Both the position numbers and the translations under genes were made by a program. From an uncultured Clostridia bacterium (GTDB taxonomy: Bacteria > Bacillota > Clostridia > Oscillospirales > Ruminococcaceae), in the NCBI GenBank assembly GCA_946545645.1, contig CAMNNQ010000161.1:4876-68875 (forward strand): a stretch of DNA of 64,000 nt, written 5' to 3'. Below, piece by piece: positions 19,011-26,648 of this stretch (position 1 is its first letter; the number at the start of each line of letters is the position of its first letter). Under the pieces are notes generated by a model, which saw nothing but the letters and a program-made list of their open reading frames with translations, had not been told where the DNA came from and did no database searches.

Positions 19011-19611
19011 ATACTTTACCCTTGATAATTGATGCTGATAGCAGGGAAGCATTTTGGAGTGCTTTCAAACTGCTGTTGTTATCTATAACGATATCTGAGT
19101 TTGTTCTGAAATGGTCCTCGCATAATTGTGATGACATCCTGGCTCTGGCTTGTTCTTCAGTCAAACCGTCCCTTGTCATGATGCGTCTAAGTCTGTATTC
19201 TTCATCTGAAATGCAGGATACGATCAGATCGCAGAGCTTATCCGCTTCAGACTCAAATAAAGTCGGAGCGTCAAGAACGACGATCTCGTATCCTTCTTTT
19301 TTTGCAGATATGATACGGGATCTTATTTCTGCTATGATAAAAGGGAAGACAGTCATATTTAGTATATCAAGGCTGTACTTGTCATTAAAAACGATATCAG
19401 CCAGCTTCTTCCTGTCAAGCTCGAAGCCTTTAAAGCAAACAGGAAACTGCTCTTTGAGCGCTTTACAGCATTCGCTGCCGTTAACTGTCAACTCCCGGTA
19501 TAGTTCGTCGCAGTCTATCACATAGAGTCCTTCGTTTTTATATACAAGACTTACAGTGCTTTTGCCGCTGCCTGTCTGGCCTGTAAGCCCGACTGTGATC
19601 GTCTTTGTCAT
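19000..19611 (-). CDS. coaE: Dephospho-CoA kinase
   Basis: GLTGQTGSGKS, IDCDEL, LDRKKLADIVF, LDAPTLFE, RIMTRDG. Confidence 0.96.
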   Translation of the reverse strand: MTKTITVGLTGQTGSGKSTVSLVYKNEGLYVIDCDELYRELTVNGSECCKALKEQFPVCFKGFELDRKKLADIVFNDKYSLDILNMTVFPFIIAEIRSRIISAKKEGYEIVVLDAPTLFESEADKLCDLIVSCISDEEYRLRRIMTRDGLTEEQARARMSSQLCEDHFRTNSDIVIDNNSSLKALQNASLLSASIIKGKVYGR

Positions 19612-20624
19612 AGTTTTATCACCTTGAATGCCGCTGCGCGAAGCAGCCTGTTATATACTGCAAGCCCAACGCCTGTTTTAGCGGGACATCTCGCATAGAC
19701 TTTTTTTGCGCCGATAATATCAAGCTCTCTGAGGACATCAAAGAGATTTGCGGCTTGCTCTTCGCTTGTAGCACCGTATGCTATGCATCTTTGTGTAAGA
19801 CCCGTCCCCTCAGCTTCGGTGAAGAGCATAAGGACGTCATCATCAGATGCGTGAGATGCACAATAGCTTCTGAAAGCAGCAGTTCCCGAATCAATGATCG
19901 TTATATCCGCCTTTGGAGCATAATGCTTATACTTCATTCCCGGAGACGCTACCTTAACATCCTGTGCAACTGCTTCGATAACGCCCTTGTCAATTATGAC
20001 ATTTTCGCAGATATCGGAAAGCTCTTCTGCGGATATAAAGCCTGGCCGCAGAAGTCTGATAGAGTTTTCTTCAAATGCGATAACAGTTGATTCTACTCCT
20101 ACTGCACAGCTACCGTCATCTAGGATACAGGGGATCCTGCCATTCATATCGTTGAAAACGTGAGATGCTTTGGTAGGGGAGGGGCTGCCTGAGAGATTTG
20201 CAGAGGGGGCAGCAAGTGGCAATCCTGAAAAATCTATCAGTTTCCTGGCTGTTTCGTTGGAGGGCATTCTTATACCGACAGTATCAAGCCCCCCGCTGGT
20301 CGTTAATGGTATGATCTCTTTTTTCGGAAGTATCATTGTCAAAGGCCCGGGCCAGAAGGCCTCGGCGCATTTTTTTGCTGTCGAGGGTATATCCGTTACC
20401 AAGTCAGGAAGCATTTTCATGCCGGAAATATGGACGATCAGAGGATTATCCTGCGGTCGCCCCTTTGCTTTAAATATCTTAGCAACAGCCTGCGGATCAA
20501 GCGCGTTGGCGGCAAGACCATAGACGGTCTCTGTCGGCATACCGACAGTTTCCCCGGCTTTTATTAGCTCCGCAGCAAATCTTATAGAGCTATCGCTGAT
20601 GTCAAGAACTTTGGTTTTATACAT
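19608..20624 (-). CDS. sua5: Threonylcarbamoyl-AMP synthase, Sua5/YwlC type
   Basis: PTETVYGL, KGRPQDNPLIVH, WPGPLT, APSANLSG, GVESTV, SPGMKYKHYAP, plus the SUA5 C-terminal domain. Confidence 0.96.
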   Translation of the reverse strand: MYKTKVLDISDSSIRFAAELIKAGETVGMPTETVYGLAANALDPQAVAKIFKAKGRPQDNPLIVHISGMKMLPDLVTDIPSTAKKCAEAFWPGPLTMILPKKEIIPLTTSGGLDTVGIRMPSNETARKLIDFSGLPLAAPSANLSGSPSPTKASHVFNDMNGRIPCILDDGSCAVGVESTVIAFEENSIRLLRPGFISAEELSDICENVIIDKGVIEAVAQDVKVASPGMKYKHYAPKADITIIDSGTAAFRSYCASHASDDDVLMLFTEAEGTGLTQRCIAYGATSEEQAANLFDVLRELDIIGAKKVYARCPAKTGVGLAVYNRLLRAAAFKVIKL

Positions 20625-20663
20625 TCTGATTCTTCTTTCGGCGCTATAAAGCGCCAGTTGTAT

Positions 20664-21740
20664 TTAATCGCTGTTTTGTTCTGCCAGCTTTTTCGCACGG
20701 TCAGCAGTAGCCAGAGCATCTATCAATTCATCCAGATTCCCGTTCAGGATGCTTTCCAGCTTATAAAGTGTAAGCCCTATTCTGTGATCAGAGACACGGT
20801 TTTCGGGGAAATTGTAAGTCCTTATCCTTTCTGAACGGTCGCCGGTGCCGACCTGAGAACGCCGCTCAGATGCTATTTTATCGTCGTGCTTTGCCTGCTC
20901 GATCTCCAAAAGGCGGGAACGCAGCACTTTCATTGCTTTGTCTTTGTTTTTATACTGTGACCTCTCATCCTGACACTCGACTACCATGCCGGTAGGCAGA
21001 TGTGTGATCCTTATAGCCGAAGATGTCTTGTTGATATGCTGCCCGCCGGCACCGGAAGAACGGAAAACATCTATTTTCAGGTCTTTGTCGTTGATCTCCA
21101 GCTCGACATCTTCAGCTTCCGGCAGAACAGCAACTGTAACTGTTGAAGTGTGTATTCTTCCCTGAGATTCTGTTTCCGGGACTCTTTGCACTCTGTGGAC
21201 TCCGCTTTCATATTTGAGCCTTGAATATGCACCTTTACCTTCGATCATAAAAGATATCTCTTTATATCCTCCAAGCTCTGTCTCATTTCGGTTGACGATC
21301 TCGGTATCCCAGCCCTTTGAGGCAGCATAGAGGGTATACATCCTGTAGAGAGAGTTTGCGAAAAGTGCAGCTTCGTCTCCCCCGGCTCCGCCTCTTATCT
21401 CAACGATAATGTTCTTTTCGTCATTTGGATCTTTAGGCAGAAGCAGTATTGTCAGTTCTTTAGTCAATGATTCAATAGCGCTTTTTGATTCAGAGTACTG
21501 TGCCTGGAGCATTTCTTTTAACTCGGCATCGTTATCTCCGGAAGATAAAAGCTCCTCGGCCTCTTTAAGATCTGCATCGGCTTTTTTGTATTCTCTGAAT
21601 TTTTCTACTATAGGCTCCAAAGAGGAGTATTCCTTCATAAGAGAGGTATATTGCTGCGTATCGTTTATGATCTCCGAATGAGTGAGCCTTTCGGCTATCT
21701 CATTGAATTTGTCTTCAATTAGCATTATTTTTTCTATCAT
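20664..21740 (-). CDS. prfA: Peptide chain release factor 1
   Basis: GGQ motif, RF1 PxT tripeptide (RVPETE), [10 protein letters not shown]. Confidence 0.98.
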   Translation of the reverse strand: MIEKIMLIEDKFNEIAERLTHSEIINDTQQYTSLMKEYSSLEPIVEKFREYKKADADLKEAEELLSSGDNDAELKEMLQAQYSESKSAIESLTKELTILLLPKDPNDEKNIIVEIRGGAGGDEAALFANSLYRMYTLYAASKGWDTEIVNRNETELGGYKEISFMIEGKGAYSRLKYESGVHRVQRVPETESQGRIHTSTVTVAVLPEAEDVELEINDKDLKIDVFRSSGAGGQHINKTSSAIRITHLPTGMVVECQDERSQYKNKDKAMKVLRSRLLEIEQAKHDDKIASERRSQVGTGDRSERIRTYNFPENRVSDHRIGLTLYKLESILNGNLDELIDALATADRAKKLAEQNSD

Positions 21741-21784
21741 AGCTGATCCTCCTTAATGATTAGTAAAAAGTGAAGATCCTTTTG

Positions 21785-21973
21785 CTATGATTCGGCAGCT
21801 TTTATAATGCTCTTTACGTTCTTTTCGGCCTTTGAGCGGGGGATCATGAATTCGCGCCCGCATCCGGAACATCTGAGTTTAAAATCCATACCTGTCCGCA
21901 GGACGAGCATTTTGTTATCGCCGCAAGGATGCTGCTTTTTCATTACCAAAATATCTCCCTTAGCTATATCCAT
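21785..21973 (-). CDS. DUF951 family protein
   Basis: MKKQHPCG, RTGMDFKLRCSGCGRE; RBS GGAG. Confidence 0.88.
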   Translation of the reverse strand: MDIAKGDILVMKKQHPCGDNKMLVLRTGMDFKLRCSGCGREFMIPRSKAEKNVKSIIKAAES

Positions 21974-22004
21974 GCTCCCACTCCTTTCATTAACACTTAT
22001 ATTT

Positions 22005-22033
22005 ATTATACCACATTATTGCCGCATTAGCAA
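22005..22033 (-). promoter_or_regulatory. sigma-A promoter of the DUF951-prfA operon
   Basis: Minus strand TTGCTA-N17-TATAAT with extended TG. Confidence 0.7.
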
Positions 22034-22071
22034 GAGTATTTTGTTTATAAGAGGCATTTTTGTCTTTTACC

Positions 22072-22100
22072 TTGACAAAAGCAACTAAATAGGCTATAAT
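22072..22100 (+). promoter_or_regulatory. sigma-A promoter of trpS
   Basis: Perfect TTGACA-N17-TATAAT. Confidence 0.85.
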
Positions 22101-22146
22101 TGTAATGTTGTATAGTTGTAATCTAGCTCTAAAAGGAGTGCTTTTT

Positions 22147-23223
22147 ATGGATAAGAAGATCATATTAACAGGAGACCGTCCGACCGGAGCTTTGCATCTC
22201 GGGCATTATGTCGGATCTCTCAAAAAGAGAGTTCAGCTTCAGAATACCGGTGAGTATAAGCAGTTCGTTATGATTGCGGATCTTCAGGCCCTTACTGACA
22301 ACGCTGAAAATCCCGCTAAGATCAGGACAAATATTCTTGAAGTAATGCTTGATTACCTTGCAGTCGGACTCGAACCCGGGAAGACTACATTCTTTGTTCA
22401 GTCTCATATTCCTGCTCTTTATGAGCTTCCGATGTATTATTCCAATCTTGTTACCATGTCGCGCCTTGAACGCAATCCGACTATAAAGAATGAGATCAAG
22501 ATGCGTAATTTCGAGAGGAACCTGCCTGTCGGCTTCATGACATATCCTATCAGCCAGGCAGCAGATATCACAGCATTTAAGGCTAAATATGTGCCTGTCG
22601 GTGAGGATCAGTTGCCTATGCTGGAACAGGCAAGAGAGATCGTTTCCGCTTTTAATCGCATATATAAGTGCGATATTCTTGTTGAGCCTGAGGCTGTTCT
22701 CCCTGATAATGAGAGCTGCAACAGATTGGTCGGCACTGACGGAAATACAAAAATGAGCAAATCCTTGGGGAACTGCATTTATCTCAAGGATGATGCCAAG
22801 ACCATCAAGGAAAAAGTAATGTCTATGTTTACAGACCCGCTTCATATAAATGTTTCCGATCCGGGCCATACAGAGAATAATCCTGTTTTCATCTATCTTG
22901 ATGCTTTCAGCACGGACGAGGACTTTGCTGAGTTCCTTCCCGAGTACAAGAATCTTGCAGAGATGAAAGAGCATTATGAACGCGGCGGACTTGGTGACAT
23001 GAAGTGTAAGAAGCTGCTCAACAATGTTATGCAGAAGCTGTTGGCTCCTATCAGAGAGCGTAGAGAAAAGTTTGAGCAGGATAAGAGCTACCTTATGGAA
23101 GTCCTCAGAAAAGGCACAGAAGAAGCTGTCGAGATCTCCAATAAAACAGTAGCTGAGGTCAGAAATGCTATCGGTATCAATTATTTTACTGATGATTCTT
23201 TTATTGATAAATTTGTTAAATAA
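22147..23223 (+). CDS. trpS: Tryptophanyl-tRNA synthetase
   Basis: TGDRPTGALHLGH (HIGH), YPISQAADI, VPVGEDQ, KMSKS; start after AAGGAG. Confidence 0.98.
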   Translation: MDKKIILTGDRPTGALHLGHYVGSLKKRVQLQNTGEYKQFVMIADLQALTDNAENPAKIRTNILEVMLDYLAVGLEPGKTTFFVQSHIPALYELPMYYSNLVTMSRLERNPTIKNEIKMRNFERNLPVGFMTYPISQAADITAFKAKYVPVGEDQLPMLEQAREIVSAFNRIYKCDILVEPEAVLPDNESCNRLVGTDGNTKMSKSLGNCIYLKDDAKTIKEKVMSMFTDPLHINVSDPGHTENNPVFIYLDAFSTDEDFAEFLPEYKNLAEMKEHYERGGLGDMKCKKLLNNVMQKLLAPIRERREKFEQDKSYLMEVLRKGTEEAVEISNKTVAEVRNAIGINYFTDDSFIDKFVK

Positions 23224-23271
23224 TCATTCTGATCCCGAACCTGTTATGTTTCGCTTAATTTAATACATTAT

Positions 23272-23307
23272 AAAGCACTTCGCTGCATCTGCAGGGAAGT
23301 GCTTTTT
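23272..23307 (+). terminator. trpS terminator
   Basis: AAAGCACTTC / GAAGTGCTTT stem with a T-run. Confidence 0.75.
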
Positions 23308-23354
23308 CATCATTTTATCCTGAAGAAGTGAGAAAAATGCCATCTGAAGGATTA

Positions 23355-23384
23355 TAAAAAAGCGGATGATTTCTCATCCGCTTT
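23355..23384 (-). terminator. Terminator of the solute-binding protein gene
   Basis: AAAGCGGATGA / TCATCCGCTTT stem with a minus-strand U-run. Confidence 0.75.
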
Positions 23385-23398
23385 AATGTTATGAATTA

Positions 23399-24823
23399 TC
23401 AGCCCTTGAAAGATTTAACAGCATCATTGATCTGCTTCAGCTCGTTGTTTACGATAGACTCGTAAGTTCCGCGGAGAGAAGTCCAGGTGTACGGTGTGCC
23501 ATTTTCGTCTGCGCTGTATACCTTCTCATAGAGCTTTCTGGTTACGCAGCTTCCGTCAGCGCTTGCGCCGTCATCAGAAAGAGTAGGAGAAATACCGTAG
23601 CCGTAATCAAAGATCTGCTTGTATTCGCCGGAGGATGCGTCAGCAAGAACCTGATACATTTCTTCATCCCATGCAGGGTTTGCATTAAGGAAGATCTCCT
23701 TGCTGTTCTCAAGGTATTCAGGCTCAGTATTAGCGATCCTGCAGCACTCATACCAGGTCTTTACTGCTTCCTTGGCAGTCGAACCCTTGACCCACATATA
23801 TGCCATCATATCAGAGGTCATATACTTTCCGGTAGCTCTGGGATCGGGCGGAACGGGAACGACCTTATAGTTATCGGTTTCCTGTGGGCCGTTGTTTCCG
23901 GTAAGAGCCCAAGGACCCATGCAATAGAAGAGGATATCTTCTTCTATGAGAGCGTTTCTTGCGCCGCCCTTCCAGTCGCCCTGGATCATACCGTTCTTGG
24001 AGATCTCATAGAGCAGATTTTCAGCTCTCTCGATATCAGCATCATTCAGATTGTTCTTGAACTCACCGTTCTCATAAGTAATCATTGTTTTACCGGTCTG
24101 CTGGATGATCTGGGGCTGGAACCAACCGTTGATGCCGAAACGTGTCTCTCCGTCGGGAGCAGATGTAACGAACTTATCCATCAGGTTATACCAGGTATCC
24201 CAGTTCCATTCGCCCTTTGTGTAGAGCTCATACGGATCATCAAGGTTTTCGGACTCGATAACATTCTGGTCATACATAAAGAGAGTGCCGACAGAGAAAC
24301 TGATAGGTGCAACATAGTGTTTGTTGTTGAGCACGAACTGATCGGCAGTATCCTTTGTTTCTACCCAAAGCGGATCGTCGAAGTTAACGATATCGTCAAC
24401 GGGCTGGTACATATTTTTCAGTACCTGAGAGGGGAATGCAAGCCATTCATACTTGAAAATATCAGGGGCGTCGTTAGAGATAACGGCTGTTGCAAGGCTT
24501 GAGAATTTTTCGCTGTCAGTAACGACCTTCCAGGTGATCGTACCGCCCTTATTGTTGAAAAGCGTCATCTCAACAGACTTGTTGGCACCCTTGGCAGGAT
24601 TAAGGTCATAGGTACCCATCCAGACAAGATCTTTCTGTGCGTTTTCATCAATGCTGTCGATAGCGGATGTGTCGCTGACTGCTACGGGCTTCTGAGTTGT
24701 AGTCGTCGTTTCAGCAGTCGTTTCAGTGCTGCTTCCGGAGCTGCTTGAGCTTCCGCAAGCGGTAACTCCGAAAACAGTCATGACGGCTGTAAGCATTGCG
24801 AGCAGCTTCTTGTTTGTTTTCAT
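23399..24823 (-). CDS. ABC transporter extracellular solute-binding lipoprotein (carbohydrate-type, family 1)
   Basis: Lipobox VTAC followed by an S/T linker; DAPDIF, Trp-rich GEWNWDTW and other sugar-SBP features. Confidence 0.85.
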   Translation of the reverse strand: MKTNKKLLAMLTAVMTVFGVTACGSSSSSGSSTETTAETTTTTQKPVAVSDTSAIDSIDENAQKDLVWMGTYDLNPAKGANKSVEMTLFNNKGGTITWKVVTDSEKFSSLATAVISNDAPDIFKYEWLAFPSQVLKNMYQPVDDIVNFDDPLWVETKDTADQFVLNNKHYVAPISFSVGTLFMYDQNVIESENLDDPYELYTKGEWNWDTWYNLMDKFVTSAPDGETRFGINGWFQPQIIQQTGKTMITYENGEFKNNLNDADIERAENLLYEISKNGMIQGDWKGGARNALIEEDILFYCMGPWALTGNNGPQETDNYKVVPVPPDPRATGKYMTSDMMAYMWVKGSTAKEAVKTWYECCRIANTEPEYLENSKEIFLNANPAWDEEMYQVLADASSGEYKQIFDYGYGISPTLSDDGASADGSCVTRKLYEKVYSADENGTPYTWTSLRGTYESIVNNELKQINDAVKSFKG

Positions 24824-24876
24824 AATAATTCCTCCTATTAGATTTCTAGTGTTGAGCTTCTGGCTAATTTTTTATT

Positions 24877-24906
24877 ATTATACCAAAACAAACGAGGTTG
24901 TGTCAA
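24877..24906 (-). promoter_or_regulatory. sigma-A promoter of the SBP gene
   Basis: Minus strand TTGACA-N18-TATAAT with TG extension. Confidence 0.7.
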
Positions 24907-25161
24907 TAATATTTTTATACAAATCGATATTAATTATTTGGTGACATTCAACAATGCGTAGATTTTATAGTTAAAAATCTCTATAAATGCGCATATCTCA
25001 ATTTAAAATGTTATTACATTTGAAAATATCATTAGTTTCATATATTACTATATCGCAAAAAGTGAATAACCGTTTTTCGTGCTCCTTGATCTACAGGCTC
25101 TTTATACCTTGAATTGATTTCAGGTTTATTTAAAAATATTACTGAAATTATTTAAAAAGTG

Positions 25162-25190
25162 TTGCAATCGTTGGATGAATGGTGTATAAT
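25162..25190 (+). promoter_or_regulatory. sigma-A promoter of the AI-2E transporter gene
   Basis: TTGCAA-N17-TATAAT. Confidence 0.7.
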
Positions 25191-25223
25191 TAAATATATA
25201 GAACTATATTGAGAGATGATCCT

Positions 25224-26594
25224 ATGAAGCTTTATACTAACAGAAAATATACTACTATTGCTGTTTATGCGATAATAGTTATAGCTGTCAATGTCATTCT
25301 TATTATGGCGATATTCAAGTTCAATACGATCTTAAATATCCTCGGCAAGCTGCTTAGTGTTATGATGCCCATTATCTGGGGGCTTGCGCTTGCTTTCCTT
25401 ATGAATCCTCTTATGGTCGCGACCGAGAGGCTTTATCAGAAGGTCATCAAAAAGCCGAAACGATTGCTTGTGATGAGAGCTGTATCAGTAACGATAACCG
25501 CGCTGCTGTTTTTAGGGCTGCTTGCCGGGATAATTGCAATCATTGTTCCTGAGATAGCAAACAGCTTTAATGAAATAGTCGATAATTTCTCAGACACGTT
25601 ATCCAAAGCAGAGTCATGGATAGATAAAACTCTTAAAAACTATCCTAAGGCGCAGGAGTTTGTCAAGACCAGGCTCACCAATTTCGGCAGCGACCTTACA
25701 AAGCTTCAGCCTATAATAGAAAACATTGTTAACAGTGCACTGGGCCTTATGAACGTTATCTATAATTTCCTTCTTGGTTTTATAGTTTCCATCTATCTCC
25801 TTATCAATAAAGAAAAACATCTTGCTCAGACAAAGAAAGTTATCTTTGCGAATTTCAAGAAATCTACTTCCGAAAAGATTCTCCGTTTCGGTAACGAAGC
25901 AAATATTGTTTTTTCGGGGTTTATCACAGGTAAGATCATTGATTCCATAATCATCGGTATACTTGCTTTTATCGGTCTTACACTTATAGGGATGCCTTAT
26001 AATGTTCTTATCAGCGTAATCATCGGTGTAACTAATATCATTCCGTTTTTCGGCCCGTTTATCGGCGCTATTCCTTCCGGATTGCTTATATTCCTGGTTG
26101 AACCTAAGATGGTTATCTGGCTGCTTCTATTTATCTTGCTGCTCCAGCAGTTCGACGGAAATATCCTTGGGCCTAAGATCCTCGGCGGCACCACCGGTCT
26201 GCCGGCTATCTGGGTAATGTTCTCACTGTTCATCTGCGGCGGCCTTTTCGGTTTTGTCGGGATGCTGCTGGGCGTACCGACATTTGCCCTGCTTTATAAA
26301 ATTGTCAAGGATAATGTTGAGGATAAACTGAAAAAGAAGAAAATGCCGACCTCTACTCAGTATTATATCGAGAATTCCGGCAAGTTGACATCTCCTCGAA
26401 TCAAACGTCAGCCTTTGACCAAAGAAGAGCTTGAGGCTCTGGTCATTCCTTCCTCTGAGGAAGTAAACGAGGCTATTGAAAGAAAAGCTGCCGAAACTGT
26501 ATTTAAAGAGGGCGATGAAGGATCTGTATTTGATGAAACGGATGGGCTCCCTCCTGATATAGCCGATCCGGATCCTTCCGGTCAGGAAATCTGA
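25224..26594 (+). CDS. AI-2E family transporter
   Basis: AFLMNP, NIIPFFGPFIGAIP, QQFDGNILGPKILG, GGLFGFVGMLLGVP; multi-TM. Confidence 0.93.
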   Translation: MKLYTNRKYTTIAVYAIIVIAVNVILIMAIFKFNTILNILGKLLSVMMPIIWGLALAFLMNPLMVATERLYQKVIKKPKRLLVMRAVSVTITALLFLGLLAGIIAIIVPEIANSFNEIVDNFSDTLSKAESWIDKTLKNYPKAQEFVKTRLTNFGSDLTKLQPIIENIVNSALGLMNVIYNFLLGFIVSIYLLINKEKHLAQTKKVIFANFKKSTSEKILRFGNEANIVFSGFITGKIIDSIIIGILAFIGLTLIGMPYNVLISVIIGVTNIIPFFGPFIGAIPSGLLIFLVEPKMVIWLLLFILLLQQFDGNILGPKILGGTTGLPAIWVMFSLFICGGLFGFVGMLLGVPTFALLYKIVKDNVEDKLKKKKMPTSTQYYIENSGKLTSPRIKRQPLTKEELEALVIPSSEEVNEAIERKAAETVFKEGDEGSVFDETDGLPPDIADPDPSGQEI

Positions 26595-26648
26595 AAACAA
26601 TAACCCCCCGGTACTGTATCATTGATCGGTACCGGGGGGTTGCTTTTT
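26595..26648. terminator. Terminator between convergent genes
   Basis: 13-bp stem AACCCCCCGGTAC / GTACCGGGGGGTT followed by TTTTT. Confidence 0.85.

Noticed and set aside
20664-21740. Programmed frameshift in the release factor gene
   Set aside because: This is RF1 (PxT motif) with an uninterrupted frame; the CTT-TGA frameshift belongs to prfB.
22165-22974. 269-aa antisense ORF opposite trpS
   Set aside because: Lies entirely within trpS on the other strand and has no family features.
25031-25040. TTAGTTTCA shared with the 55020 palindrome
   Set aside because: Only 9 bp in AT-rich DNA and lacking the ACTAA half; compatible with chance.
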